A stretch of 64,000 nucleotides of DNA. Origin: Candidatus Helarchaeota archaeon (GTDB taxonomy: Archaea; Asgardarchaeota; Lokiarchaeia; Helarchaeales; RDOG01). Below the pieces are notes generated by a model. It saw nothing but the letters and a program-made list of their open reading frames with translations, was not told the DNA's origin and ran no database searches. A program made the translations under genes and the position numbers. The DNA is taken from contig JAHPZH010000007.1 of NCBI GenBank assembly GCA_019058315.1, forward strand, positions 32,001 to 96,000, in the 5' to 3' direction. Shown here in pieces: positions 38,536-49,488 of this stretch. The first letter of the stretch is position 1. Every line of letters begins with the position of its first letter.

Positions 38536-39780
38536 ATGTATTTAAAGGCATCTTTCATGAAAGAAATAAATCTTGACGATTTGTCAGAATGGTTCGAAAA
38601 TAAAACTAAAAAACAAATTGAACCTATAAAAAAAGAAGCACAAAAAAAAATATCTAAATGTGAATCAATATTTAATGAGCTTAGAGTTGCATGTCATACT
38701 CTTGAAGAACAACCTCCAACAAGTTCAGATGAATTAATAACAAAGTCAGCAAAACGTTTTTCTGAAAAACTGGTAAAAAGTCTAGATGATTTTGAATTCC
38801 CAGAAAAAATAACTTATGAAAAAGTTGATAATTTTAAAGATAGGCTAGCAAATCTATTAAGAACAATTGCGCAATATGCTAATAGGTGGGTTTCAAAATT
38901 AGGAAGGGATAAATCGTATTTACAAATTATCCGTAATATTAATTACTTACTAAGAGACATTCAGAACCTCTTTAGAAAATTAAATACTTTCCTTGAAAAG
39001 AAATATCGTAGAGTCATGAATATAGAAAATATTGAGGAGTTAATCGAAAAACTGGAAGAATTAATACAAAATGCAAAAGATATAAAGGTCTTTGAATCAG
39101 AAATTGAAAATGAACTAAAAGAAAATGAATTGGAATTAAATAAAATTAAAGAAAAAATTCAAACTTTAGAAAAAAATGACATTATAAACCAAATAAATTT
39201 ACTTGATAACGAATTAGAAAAAATAAATGGAAAAATAAGGAATTTAATAGGTCCAATTCGAAAATCCTTAAAAAAATTTTTGAAATTAATAGATGATGGT
39301 GATTATAATCCAAGACCTGATTCAGTTTCATTTATTTCTTTGTATATTAACGATCCAATAAACACATTTCTGTCAGAAAATAATGAGTTTTTACATTTAA
39401 AATCAATATTTTTAGATTTATTAGATGCAATTAATACAAACAAATTGAAATTAAAAACAAGTTCCGAAAAAAAAATTAAAATAAAAATTAAAAATATTGA
39501 AAAAAGAGATTTAAAATCATTAAAATTGCGATTTGATCAATTATATGATAAAAAACAATCAATTCTTTCAAATCCAGATTATAAAAGAAAACTTGAAGAA
39601 TTAGCTGAAATCCTAGAAAAAAAAGAGATCATAACGAGAGAAAATGAAGAAATAAAATTAAAATTTGATAAAAATAATGAAGATTATAATAGGGCATTGA
39701 CTAAACTCGGAGATTATAAATCTAAAATAGAAAATTCAGTATTAGAAATCACTAATACTCAAATTAAACTCCTTTTATAA
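38536..39780 (+). CDS. Coiled-coil hypothetical protein
   Basis: 414-aa K/E/L-rich heptads. Confidence 0.75.
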   Translation: MYLKASFMKEINLDDLSEWFENKTKKQIEPIKKEAQKKISKCESIFNELRVACHTLEEQPPTSSDELITKSAKRFSEKLVKSLDDFEFPEKITYEKVDNFKDRLANLLRTIAQYANRWVSKLGRDKSYLQIIRNINYLLRDIQNLFRKLNTFLEKKYRRVMNIENIEELIEKLEELIQNAKDIKVFESEIENELKENELELNKIKEKIQTLEKNDIINQINLLDNELEKINGKIRNLIGPIRKSLKKFLKLIDDGDYNPRPDSVSFISLYINDPINTFLSENNEFLHLKSIFLDLLDAINTNKLKLKTSSEKKIKIKIKNIEKRDLKSLKLRFDQLYDKKQSILSNPDYKRKLEELAEILEKKEIITRENEEIKLKFDKNNEDYNRALTKLGDYKSKIENSVLEITNTQIKLLL

Positions 39781-39793
39781 TGAAGTTATCTGA

Positions 39794-40459
39794 ATGATGA
39801 TAAAAAAATTAAATGATAATTTAAAAAAAATTCAATCTAAACTAGAGATAATATTTAATCTCTTAAAAATCCCATTTTTACAAAAAATTGACACAATAAA
39901 TCCGATAACAGAAGAAATACTTAACCCTCACAAATCTAAAATATTAAATAATCTCAAAGAAGTCCTCATTATTTTTAAGGAGATTCAATCTGATAAATTA
40001 GTCCAAATTACAGATTTCAAAGCATTTTCAGAAAAGATGATTCCAATTATTGAAGATATTAAGGTAAAAATTGAAAAATCACAAAGTAATGAATATAATA
40101 ACTTATATATTATGATAAAACTATATTGGTTTATTGAATATTTTATCAAACATGAATTAGAACTTAAAAATAACGAGTTTTTTAATGAAGGGTGTCATTA
40201 TAAATGGATTATTGATGATATTTGTCTAGATTTTTTAATTAATCTTGAGAATAACCCAAATTCATCAATTAATGTTTTAGCTGAAATTGATGATAAGCGG
40301 AGAGGAACTATAAGAAATACGAAATTGATAGAAATTAAGGATAAAACGGTAGGTTTAACATCATTAGGACAAATACTTTGCGATATAGCAAAAATTGGAG
40401 ATATATACTGCTATTATCTAGATGAATTTGATGAAATATTGGAAGAATCAGAAGAATAA
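39794..40459 (+). CDS. Hypothetical protein, possible C-terminal winged helix
   Basis: 221 aa; LIEIKDKTVGLTSLG wing-like motif. Confidence 0.65.
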   Translation: MMIKKLNDNLKKIQSKLEIIFNLLKIPFLQKIDTINPITEEILNPHKSKILNNLKEVLIIFKEIQSDKLVQITDFKAFSEKMIPIIEDIKVKIEKSQSNEYNNLYIMIKLYWFIEYFIKHELELKNNEFFNEGCHYKWIIDDICLDFLINLENNPNSSINVLAEIDDKRRGTIRNTKLIEIKDKTVGLTSLGQILCDIAKIGDIYCYYLDEFDEILEESEE

Positions 40460-40491
40460 ATATAATTAAAACAAATTATTTAATTATTAAA

Positions 40492-40644
40492 TTATTTAAT
40501 AATTTGCCTATGGGCACAACCTCTAGCTGTACATTGATTTTTTGATTGAATTGATTTACAACATTCATCACATATAATTTTCATACTCTTGAACTCACAA
40601 AGATGTATATGCTTTTTATTTTTTTCACAAATAATACAAATCAT
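40492..40644 (-). CDS. Cys/His-rich microprotein (50 aa), not in ORF track
   Basis: MICIICEKNKKHIHLCEFKSMKIICDECCKSIQSKNQCTARGCAHRQIIK*; 8 Cys. Confidence 0.65.
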   Translation of the reverse strand: MICIICEKNKKHIHLCEFKSMKIICDECCKSIQSKNQCTARGCAHRQIIK

Positions 40645-40970
40645 TCCCAAAATTATTTCCTTCTTTTATAATGTTTGATTTTAATGATTCATACATTTAA
40701 AACACGGTATATTAGGATTTTATAAATAAATTCTTATAATTAAGATTAAAGATTAATTGGTTTTTGTACCAGTTGAAATTAAATTAAAATTAAATATTTT
40801 TGAATATTCCATTTAATTATTGGATATTTTAAGCATATTTATTTCATTCAATAAACCCCTACTATAACTCTTAAATCAATGACAATTAATTTTATATCTT
40901 TTTTCTTTTTTATTAATGTGAATTAAGAAATTAGAATAAACTAATTTTTATTATATAAATGGTGTAAAAT

Positions 40971-43226
40971 TTGGAAAGAATGGTGTTTCCCTTCACAGCA
41001 ATGGTTGGACAAGAGAAAATGAGGCTAGCTTTGATATTAAATGTCATTAATCCACTTATTGGGGGAGTTCTGATTCGAGGGGAACGTGGTACTGGCAAAA
41101 GCACTGCTATCCGTGCCTTAGCTCAATTATTACCGGATATTGAGATAGTAAAAGGCTGTTGTTTTAATTGTGATCCATATGATACTGATCATTTATGTGT
41201 TGAATGTGCAGATAAATATGGGAATAATGCATTAATTACCGAAAAAAAGAAGCAAACTGTAGTAGAAATTCCATTAAGCGCAACAGAGGATAAAGTTGTA
41301 GGTTCTCTTGATATTGAACGTGCAATAAAAGACGGTATAAAAGCCTTAGAACCCGGAATACTGGCTAATGCAAATCGTAATATTCTTTATGTTGATGAAA
41401 TAAATTTATTAAGTGATCATATTATTGATGATCTTCTAGATTGCGCAGCTATGGGTGTCAATCTTATCGAAAGAGAAGGAATCTCGGTTAGTCACCCTTC
41501 AAAGTTTGTTTTAGTCGGATCTATGAATCCCGAGGAAGGAGAACTGAGACCTCAAATTCTAGACCGTCTTGGATTATCTGTAGATGTCGAATCTATAAAG
41601 GATTTTGACCTTAGATTACAAATCTTAGAAAGGGTAGAAGATTTTGATAAAAACCCTCAAAGATTTATCGATTTGTATAAGAAAAGTGATTTCGAATTAC
41701 AAGAAAAAATAGTAAAAGCAATGGGGATCATGGAACAGGGTGTTTTAATTCCAGATTATTTAATGCAGACAATTGTCACTATATGCATTGATCTGCGAGT
41801 TCCAACACATCGTGGAGAAATTACTATAGCGAGATGTGCCAAAGCATTAGCGGCATTTGACGGACGAAGTGAAGTTAATGAAGCTGATGTTTTAACTGCC
41901 GCACAATTAACTCTTCATCATCGCTTAGCTGATATGGGAGCAACTCAGGAAGAAATCGAGAAAAAAATTAATGAGAGTTTTAAAAAAGCATTATCACAAG
42001 CTAAAGAAGATGAACAAAAAAAAATAGATGAAATGGGGCAGGATAAAAAAAAAAGCCCAGTAGATGAAGAAACAGCGCAAGAAAAAAAAATTCCTCAAAC
42101 AGGTATGTCTGAACAATTAAAAACTGAGTATGGAAAATTAGATCAACAGCAAATGGACAATCCTGATGAACAAGAATTTAAAAACATCGACGATCAAAAA
42201 CAAAATTATGAATTTGGTCAAGATGGCAGACCATTTAAAAAAGAAAAACTAAATCCAAAGCAAAATATTAAGGATAATTTAAATACTTTTAAAAAATTCC
42301 CAGAAGTCGCGAAAGTATTTAATTTTGATAAAAAAAGAGTTAATGAACCAAATAAAATGCCATTAATGGGGAAGCGATTTAAGAAAAAGGGACCGATAAA
42401 TAAAGGAAAATATATTACTTTTAAACTACCTAGAGAAAAAACTAGAAGTATTGCACTTGATGCTACTATAAGAGCCGCCGCTCCTTATCAAAAAAGACGA
42501 AAAAATAGAGGGCTAGCAGTAAATCTCGAAATGCAAGATATTCGAGAAAGGATATTTGAATATCAAGCACCACTTTCGATTGTATTTGTTCTGGATGCCT
42601 CTGGTTCAATGTTTAGAATGTTAAAGCAAATGAAAGATGTAATTATGAACCTTCATGAAGATGCATATAAACATAGGGACCGTGTGGGATTAGTTACCTT
42701 TCAAGGATATGATGCTATAGTCATACAACAACCAACGGTTAATTTAGACCTTGTTATTAATCGATTATCCTACGTTCAATCAGATTCATGGACTCCGCTT
42801 GCAAGTGGCCTTCAAATGGGCGCAGAAGTATTGAAGCATGAAAAACAAAGGAATAAAGAAATTATCCCAGTGCTTGTAGTACTAACTGATGGTGGGGCAA
42901 ACGTTCCTATTAGTTCTATCCCACCACCACCGTTTCATAATTTTCAATATTATCAAATGCTGGAGGAAGAGATTCAGCAAATTTCCTTAGTATTGAAAAA
43001 AGAAAATATACACACCATAGTACTTTGGCCAGAAAATGCATCGATGAGAGGCCCTAGACACAAAAGGATTGCTTTGTCAATAGCGAAATATTCTGAAGGT
43101 GTATTTTATCAAATCAAAGCAGGTGCAAAATTAGGCCAAATATTTTCTAGAGATACTTTTAGACCTCAAAGATTAGGAATGGTTTCGAAGAATAAAAATT
43201 ATATCCGTACGTATTTTAATAGTTAA
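40971..43226 (+). CDS. Magnesium/cobalt chelatase ChlI/ChlD-like AAA+ ATPase with VWA domain
   Basis: [60 protein letters not shown]. Confidence 0.92.
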   Translation: MERMVFPFTAMVGQEKMRLALILNVINPLIGGVLIRGERGTGKSTAIRALAQLLPDIEIVKGCCFNCDPYDTDHLCVECADKYGNNALITEKKKQTVVEIPLSATEDKVVGSLDIERAIKDGIKALEPGILANANRNILYVDEINLLSDHIIDDLLDCAAMGVNLIEREGISVSHPSKFVLVGSMNPEEGELRPQILDRLGLSVDVESIKDFDLRLQILERVEDFDKNPQRFIDLYKKSDFELQEKIVKAMGIMEQGVLIPDYLMQTIVTICIDLRVPTHRGEITIARCAKALAAFDGRSEVNEADVLTAAQLTLHHRLADMGATQEEIEKKINESFKKALSQAKEDEQKKIDEMGQDKKKSPVDEETAQEKKIPQTGMSEQLKTEYGKLDQQQMDNPDEQEFKNIDDQKQNYEFGQDGRPFKKEKLNPKQNIKDNLNTFKKFPEVAKVFNFDKKRVNEPNKMPLMGKRFKKKGPINKGKYITFKLPREKTRSIALDATIRAAAPYQKRRKNRGLAVNLEMQDIRERIFEYQAPLSIVFVLDASGSMFRMLKQMKDVIMNLHEDAYKHRDRVGLVTFQGYDAIVIQQPTVNLDLVINRLSYVQSDSWTPLASGLQMGAEVLKHEKQRNKEIIPVLVVLTDGGANVPISSIPPPPFHNFQYYQMLEEEIQQISLVLKKENIHTIVLWPENASMRGPRHKRIALSIAKYSEGVFYQIKAGAKLGQIFSRDTFRPQRLGMVSKNKNYIRTYFNS

Positions 43227-43227
43227 T

Positions 43228-44193
43228 TTAACCATATTTCGTGAACTTCTTTCTTTTTCTTTTAAAATCTTTTAATCTTGTTTCAACTGAAGCAAGGATT
43301 ATTGGTAATGCAATAGTAGCATCACAAATCACATCAACTACATACTCACTCTCGGGATTCACTTTTTTCCAAGATTTAGCTTCTTGCAGGCTTGCTCCAG
43401 ACACACCACCTGGTTCTGGACGATCTGTTGTAATTTGAATTGCATAATCCAATCCTTGAGAAGTCACTTGCATAGTTAATGCTATAAAATGCTTAGGTAC
43501 GCTACCTCCTATTATTAATGCACCCCGTTTCTTAGAATCATAAGCTATATCCATCATGATTCTCTGATCATCAAAAATATCGATTAATAGATTATGTGTC
43601 TGGCTAAACATCCAAATTTGAAATCCTAAAATCGAATCTAACAGTCCAGGGCAAAAAATTGGAATTCCTTTTTTAGCAGCTGAAGTGATAATAGAATCTT
43701 TATTTAACTTTAAACCTAATTCATGTAAAAACTCATTCGCACTGATTTTTTCCGTCTTAATTTCGTTCAAAATTGATTGAATATTATCTTCGAAGTTCTC
43801 ATAGGCTTCATTTGGTAATAAAACATTATATATTCGATTCAAATTCTTTTCAGCAAGAATCTTATCATCAACATGAGCTGATCCATGAATATGTTGAAAG
43901 CCATAAGCTTCGATAATATCATGAGTCAATGTGGCTCCTGTGCAAATTAAAACATCTATATAATCTAATTCTATTAAATCTATGATTACTTGTCTCATTC
44001 CACCTGGAACCATCGCACCTGCGACTCCTAGAAAAATTGTACAGTCATTATCTTTAATCATCTCACAAGAAATATCAACAGATTTAGCTAAATTTCTCGC
44101 TCCAAAACCAGCACCATAGCGCATTTGTTGAATAAGTTCATCAACTTTCATATCAGGCTTTACTTTTACATGTGATATTTTTTTAAATTCCAA
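43228..44193 (-). CDS. dys: Deoxyhypusine synthase
   Basis: GAMVPGGMR, TGATLTHD, GGSVPKH, SGASLQEAKSWKK, DATIALP. Confidence 0.93.
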   Translation of the reverse strand: MEFKKISHVKVKPDMKVDELIQQMRYGAGFGARNLAKSVDISCEMIKDNDCTIFLGVAGAMVPGGMRQVIIDLIELDYIDVLICTGATLTHDIIEAYGFQHIHGSAHVDDKILAEKNLNRIYNVLLPNEAYENFEDNIQSILNEIKTEKISANEFLHELGLKLNKDSIITSAAKKGIPIFCPGLLDSILGFQIWMFSQTHNLLIDIFDDQRIMMDIAYDSKKRGALIIGGSVPKHFIALTMQVTSQGLDYAIQITTDRPEPGGVSGASLQEAKSWKKVNPESEYVVDVICDATIALPIILASVETRLKDFKRKRKKFTKYG

Positions 44194-44382
44194 ATTCTTT
44201 CATCTCAGATTTTGAAAATGATAATCGTATAATTATAAATTGTATTAAAATAAATTAATCTAAAACGTTATGTTAATAAGATAGGGTGCCTTTTTTACTT
44301 ATACAATATATTTTGAATCATTAAAATATGAAATTATTCCATTTCTATAAAAGAATAGGATAAAAAAAACAGGTTTGATACG

Positions 44383-44892
44383 ATGACAGCAGTAAAAAAT
44401 GTTTATACAGTTATAAAAATAATAGCCTTAATCTATGGTCTAAGTGTTTCTGGTCTCTCCTTTATGATTGGCTATGATGCTTCTCAATTAAGCTTTCCCC
44501 CTTCAACTATTCCTCATCCTCAATTGTTGGAGAATTCTACACAATACTACCTTAGAGGTACTCCAGAACAAATATATTTGATGTCAAATAATGGAATCCT
44601 TTACAAATTTATCGTACCTACTCTAATTATTATTCATAATGGCTCGTTTGGAAAAGATATGCAAATTCTCGTTCCCGAGATATACAATTTGACTATAGGA
44701 CCTATAATATTACCACCAAAATCCTCTATGTTTTTCACAGTTCATCCACCAGCAAATATATCAAATCCATTATTTCAGTTTATTGTTATGCCCCAAGTAT
44801 GGCTAGGCGGTATTAAAATAATGGAATTCCAAATAAATACGTTCACATTTCCAACATTTGAAATATATAGACAAAATCAATCCCTCTATTAA
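44383..44892 (+). CDS. Hypothetical protein with N-terminal TM
   Basis: N-terminal hydrophobic helix, beta-rich remainder. Confidence 0.65.
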   Translation: MTAVKNVYTVIKIIALIYGLSVSGLSFMIGYDASQLSFPPSTIPHPQLLENSTQYYLRGTPEQIYLMSNNGILYKFIVPTLIIIHNGSFGKDMQILVPEIYNLTIGPIILPPKSSMFFTVHPPANISNPLFQFIVMPQVWLGGIKIMEFQINTFTFPTFEIYRQNQSLY

Positions 44893-44920
44893 TGTAAGAT
44901 TTATATAAATGTGAGTTAAA

Positions 44921-45415
44921 ATGAAAGCAAAAACAGTGATAAAAGCAATTTTTTATGGCTTGATATATTTTTTCATTTCTGGATTAGTGCCATTGATATC
45001 ACAAGCTGTAACCCAACTATTTGGTGCTGCATTAGACTTTGAACCTAGAACAGTAAATTGGTTGCTCATGGTAGGGATTTTTATTGGGATTTTTGTCTTT
45101 TGTGAAAAATTGCTAGAAGAAAATCATCCAACTGGATCGGGAGTTTTCGGTATTGCACGTTACGTAACAGGTTTAATCGATGTAACCTTATATTATAATT
45201 TATTACTCCATGTTGGCTTTGTTGTTCCTACAATTTTTCCTAATATGGGCTTTGAATTTCCCGATATTGTTTTTACTCTTAATTTAGTGTTTAACAACGT
45301 GTTCTTTGCGCTTTATCTTGTAACTTTGGGATTACTAATTTATGGTGGTTATATAATTAACTTTTTCCGCTATATCTATCAAATGGCTGCAGGTTTCAGA
45401 TTAACAGAAGAATAA
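44921..45415 (+). CDS. Membrane protein, about 4 TM helices
   Basis: Hydrophobic segments throughout. Confidence 0.75.
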   Translation: MKAKTVIKAIFYGLIYFFISGLVPLISQAVTQLFGAALDFEPRTVNWLLMVGIFIGIFVFCEKLLEENHPTGSGVFGIARYVTGLIDVTLYYNLLLHVGFVVPTIFPNMGFEFPDIVFTLNLVFNNVFFALYLVTLGLLIYGGYIINFFRYIYQMAAGFRLTEE

Positions 45416-45427
45416 GAGCTCTTAAAT

Positions 45428-46429
45428 TCAAATTTTTTTTTCTTTTGTCTTATTAATTATGATCTTACCCTCTTTATTAATTATTTCATCTACTTTATGA
45501 CGCTTCACTCCGTTTGTTGTTCCTATAGCATTTATACATGCGGCACTAGCTGCTTGACTTCTCATTAGAATTTCTTTTAGTTGATTACAATACAGATTTT
45601 TAATTTCTGAAGTAATAATATTTTTCACCGCTTCTCTTGAAAATTCGTATATAATATTTGCACAAAATGCATCCCCCGCACCGGTAGGGTCTATAATTTG
45701 AATTTTAAATGGAGGTTGAGATATTATTTTATTTTTAAAAAAGGCTATAACACCTTTCTCTCCAAGGGTGATAATTGGAAGTTTAACACCTTTATCTGCT
45801 ATTTTTTTGATTGAATTTTCTAAATTGTCCATTTCTAGAATTCTTTTAAGTTCATAATCATTACAATGAAATATATCTATATATTTCAAAGCAGGAATTA
45901 TAAAATTCCAATTTCTTTTGTAGGGAGCAACAATATCGAGAAAAATTAACCAATTATGCTTCTTTGCTTCTGCACAAATTTCTTCTAATTCATCATCAAA
46001 TTTTCCCAATAAGCCGGCTCCACCTATGTAAAAAATGAATGGTTTTTCAGTTCTGATGAATTTTTTAACAAAATTCACGTCTAAGAATAGATTTGCACCT
46101 GGCTCTGCGTGATATCGTCTATCTTGATTTTCCAAAATAATAATAATATCTTTTGAGGTTCTAGTGTTTATTTTTTGTAAATTAATATTTTTTAAATAGA
46201 ATCTTAAAGTTTTTTCTATAAATTCACCAAAAAAATCATTTCCAACAGGTCCAATCACTATAATTTCATCATTTGACAATCCTAATTTTACTAAATTAAT
46301 TGAAACATTAGCCGCATGCCCACCAATATGCAAATCTGATTCACAATATATTAATTCACCCGGATCTGCAATTTTATTCAAACTATGAACAATAATATCT
46401 GCAACCATTATTCCAGAAATTAATATCAT
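45428..46429 (-). CDS. PfkB-family carbohydrate kinase
   Basis: GGHAANVS, VGNDFFG, ITLGEKG, DPTGAGDAF. Confidence 0.93.
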   Translation of the reverse strand: MILISGIMVADIIVHSLNKIADPGELIYCESDLHIGGHAANVSINLVKLGLSNDEIIVIGPVGNDFFGEFIEKTLRFYLKNINLQKINTRTSKDIIIILENQDRRYHAEPGANLFLDVNFVKKFIRTEKPFIFYIGGAGLLGKFDDELEEICAEAKKHNWLIFLDIVAPYKRNWNFIIPALKYIDIFHCNDYELKRILEMDNLENSIKKIADKGVKLPIITLGEKGVIAFFKNKIISQPPFKIQIIDPTGAGDAFCANIIYEFSREAVKNIITSEIKNLYCNQLKEILMRSQAASAACINAIGTTNGVKRHKVDEIINKEGKIIINKTKEKKI

Positions 46430-46589
46430 GATAATTTTTCCCCGTTACTTTCAAGTTTCTTTAATTTTTCTTGAAAATTGCTCAAAACTATTATAATTTC
46501 AAATAATTTTAATTCCTAATTAATACATAATAAAAAAATAGTGGAATATTCAAATTAATATCATTAGTAAAACAAGGAGTAAAATTATT

Positions 46590-47234
46590 TTGCCTTATTT
46601 AACAGATGAAGAGGGTAAATTTCTCCATAAACTTGCAAGAAAAACTGTTGAGGAATGTGTAAAAACAGGAAAACCTATAAAAATAGCAATCCCAGAAGAT
46701 ACTCCTAAAAAATTGTTAGAAAAGGCTGGAATTTTTGTTACATTAAACACAAAAAGAGGGGTTGTAGAGAAACAATTACGAGGGTGTATAGGTCGAGTTC
46801 TACCTAATGTTTCTTTAGCACAAGCCACAATTGATTCCGCTATTGACTCAGCTTTACATGATCCAAGATTTTCTACTGTTAAACCCAATGAATTAGAAAA
46901 TATTGTAGTAGAAATTTCGGTATTAACTCCTCCTGAATTAATTAAAGTTGACAACGTAAAAAACTATCCTAAAATGATTAAAGTCGGTAGGGATGGATTA
47001 ATAATTGAAAAAGGTTGGAATAGGGGACTTTTACTACCTCAAGTGCCAATAGAGCAAGATCCACCTTGGGATGAAGAACAATTTCTCGGTTGGACTTGTT
47101 GGAAAGCAAATCTTACTATGGATCAATGGCTCGATTCAAAAACGAAAATATTTAAATTTCAAGCGGAGATTTTTGAAGAAGAAGAACCTAATGGTAAGAT
47201 AAAAAGAAAAGATATTAGTGAAGAAACTAAATAA
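46590..47234 (+). CDS. AMMECR1-family (TIGR00296) protein, second copy
   Basis: GIFVTL...LRGCIG, DPRF, GRDGL, GLLLPQV. Confidence 0.92.
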   Translation: MPYLTDEEGKFLHKLARKTVEECVKTGKPIKIAIPEDTPKKLLEKAGIFVTLNTKRGVVEKQLRGCIGRVLPNVSLAQATIDSAIDSALHDPRFSTVKPNELENIVVEISVLTPPELIKVDNVKNYPKMIKVGRDGLIIEKGWNRGLLLPQVPIEQDPPWDEEQFLGWTCWKANLTMDQWLDSKTKIFKFQAEIFEEEEPNGKIKRKDISEETK

Positions 47235-47387
47235 AAAAGTAGATTATTAAAAAACATTAAAATTTTTTGCTTATTTTAAAAAAAAATTCGAATTTCACTA
47301 AAATTTATATCTAAAAATACAAATACAAAATTAAATTCAATAAAAATTAGTGTTTATTAAACTCAAAATATTGGTGAGGGCAAAAAT

Positions 47388-48479
47388 TTGAAAACTCGAA
47401 TAACGGAAATGTTCGACATTAAATACCCGATATTATCTGCTGGTATGGGACCATTTTCAACCACCAAGCTTGCTACTGCCGTAACTAATGCGGGTGGTCT
47501 TGGCTTACTCAGTCAGTGGGGAAGCGGTTTGAAAATCGATCCTGATACTTTGGAATATATTGATGACCCAAAAAGAGCAAAAACATTTATGTCTTGGGAA
47601 AAATTAGAGATGGATATTAATTATATAATGGAACATAGTAAGGGTCCATTTGGATGTAATATTAGAGTCGCAAGAGTTCAAGTAGATTATCCTAAATGTC
47701 TAGAAACTATCATAAAGATGCGTAATGAAAATCCTGAAGTTAAGGAACGCCTTAAGATTGTTGTGACTAGTGCAGGAAACCCCGCACCACCAGACAAACA
47801 ATTAAAAAAAGGCGCTCCCGATCTTAAACATTTTCATGTTTCCCCTTCTCTTAGATTGGTCCATAATACATTCAAAGCAGGATGTGATGGTGTTGTAGCT
47901 GTTGGTTATGAAGGGGGCGGGCACCAATCTTATGAAAAAGTCCATACGTTAGTATTAATACCTGAAGTTCGAAAACACTATCCCGATAAAGCTATTATTG
48001 CAGGTGGCGGATTTTATGATGGATCAGGATTGGCTGCAGCATTTTCCATGGGCGCAGATGGAATACAAATGGGATCTCGCTTAATAGCAACAAAAGATTG
48101 CGAATTTCACCCAAATTATAAACAGATGGTAGTAGATGGTAAGGACGAAAGTACACAAGTCTGTCAAGGTGCATTCGGTCCTATAAGGCTTCATAAAAAC
48201 AAATATACTGAGAGTCATGATCAAATATTGAGTAAAGAAGAGAAAATGAAGCAAGAGAAAGAAGAAGGATTATTGGACCCAAAAAAGTTAATGGAAAGAC
48301 AAGCAAGAAAAGAAGCAAAAGCTTATGCTTTAGTATATATGGGTGATATAGAACATGGCGCCGTTCTCTTGGGTCAATCAATTGGCGGTGTCGATGATAT
48401 TCCTACGGTAAAAGAATTATTGGATCGAATGGTTTCCGATGCAGAAAAACGAATAAAAGAAGTTACTAAAATGTTTTAA
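47388..48479 (+). CDS. Nitronate monooxygenase / FabK-like flavin oxidoreductase
   Basis: KTRITEMFDIKYPILSAGM, GYEGGGH, IAGGGFYDG, GADGIQMGSR. Confidence 0.9.
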   Translation: MKTRITEMFDIKYPILSAGMGPFSTTKLATAVTNAGGLGLLSQWGSGLKIDPDTLEYIDDPKRAKTFMSWEKLEMDINYIMEHSKGPFGCNIRVARVQVDYPKCLETIIKMRNENPEVKERLKIVVTSAGNPAPPDKQLKKGAPDLKHFHVSPSLRLVHNTFKAGCDGVVAVGYEGGGHQSYEKVHTLVLIPEVRKHYPDKAIIAGGGFYDGSGLAAAFSMGADGIQMGSRLIATKDCEFHPNYKQMVVDGKDESTQVCQGAFGPIRLHKNKYTESHDQILSKEEKMKQEKEEGLLDPKKLMERQARKEAKAYALVYMGDIEHGAVLLGQSIGGVDDIPTVKELLDRMVSDAEKRIKEVTKMF

Positions 48480-48503
48480 ACTTTTTTTTATTTTTTTAAT
48501 TTT

Positions 48504-49130
48504 CTACATTCCCCATGAAGAAACCTGTTTTGCGAATTGATATGACATTTTAACATGTTTATTTCCATTTTTTACAGCATCCATATGCCCTGGACATAAA
48601 ACTTCTATATCTAATTTAAGCAACTTTTCTATACTGTTAATTAATGCGTGGATATCTCCACCAATATCTGTTCTGCCTATATTTCCATGACTAAAGATTG
48701 TGTCTCCAGAAAATAAAATTTTATTTTTCTCATCATATAAACAAATACCTCCTCTACTATGTCCTGGAGTAAAAATTACTTGAAGTTTTAAATCTTCATT
48801 GACTTTTAATACATCTCCTTCAGTTAAAATCAATAATTTGTCCTTTAAATATCCATATCGTTTCGCCAATTTTTCATGAACACAAACTACTGCATTAAAT
48901 TCCTTTTGAAAAATATCCACATTAGAACTATGGTCTGGATGATTATGAGTAAGTACAATTTTCTCAATCTTTATATCATAAGATTTTAGATGTTTTATAA
49001 TATCTTCAGCATAATTGCTACTATGACCTGTATCAATGAGAATTTTTTTCCCATAGATGTAAATATTTGAGTTGAAAGTTTGACTCGCTATATAATATAC
49101 GTCTGGGGTTATGTATGAAAATTTAAACAC
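48504..49130 (-). CDS. Metallo-beta-lactamase fold hydrolase
   Basis: THNHPDH, TPGHS, FSGDT, PGH. Confidence 0.93.
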   Translation of the reverse strand: MFKFSYITPDVYYIASQTFNSNIYIYGKKILIDTGHSSNYAEDIIKHLKSYDIKIEKIVLTHNHPDHSSNVDIFQKEFNAVVCVHEKLAKRYGYLKDKLLILTEGDVLKVNEDLKLQVIFTPGHSRGGICLYDEKNKILFSGDTIFSHGNIGRTDIGGDIHALINSIEKLLKLDIEVLCPGHMDAVKNGNKHVKMSYQFAKQVSSWGM

Positions 49131-49340
49131 CTCTAAATTGCCATTTATTTTTTTTCCAAATCTGATAAAAGTTAAAGCAAATTTAATTCAATATATAATG
49201 TTTTTTAAAAAATATTACTAACTTTTTCCTTTTTTTCTACTTTTAATGATTTTGTTTACATTTTTTTTCAAATAGTAATTTCAAATTATGTCATGGTTCT
49301 ACCGTAATGTTTTTATTTAATTATATTGTATTTTTGTTAA

Positions 49341-49444
49341 GGTGAAAAATAGTGTGGGATTGCGTTCTCTGTCCCGGTTCGACAAAATAAAACAAGAAGA
49401 CTACTTTTTATAACCCAAGAGTACGGGATAGAAGCAAAAACACC
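49341..49444 (+). promoter_or_regulatory. Putative structured 5' leader of leuA
   Basis: TTGC-g-TTCT-ct-GTCCCG (49360-49376) pairs with CGGGAT-AGAA-GCAA (49424-49437); locally GC-rich in an AT-rich spacer. Confidence 0.4.
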
Positions 49445-49488
49445 GAAAATATCTATATTTTTAAACAATTTAAAAGAGATGATTAGTT

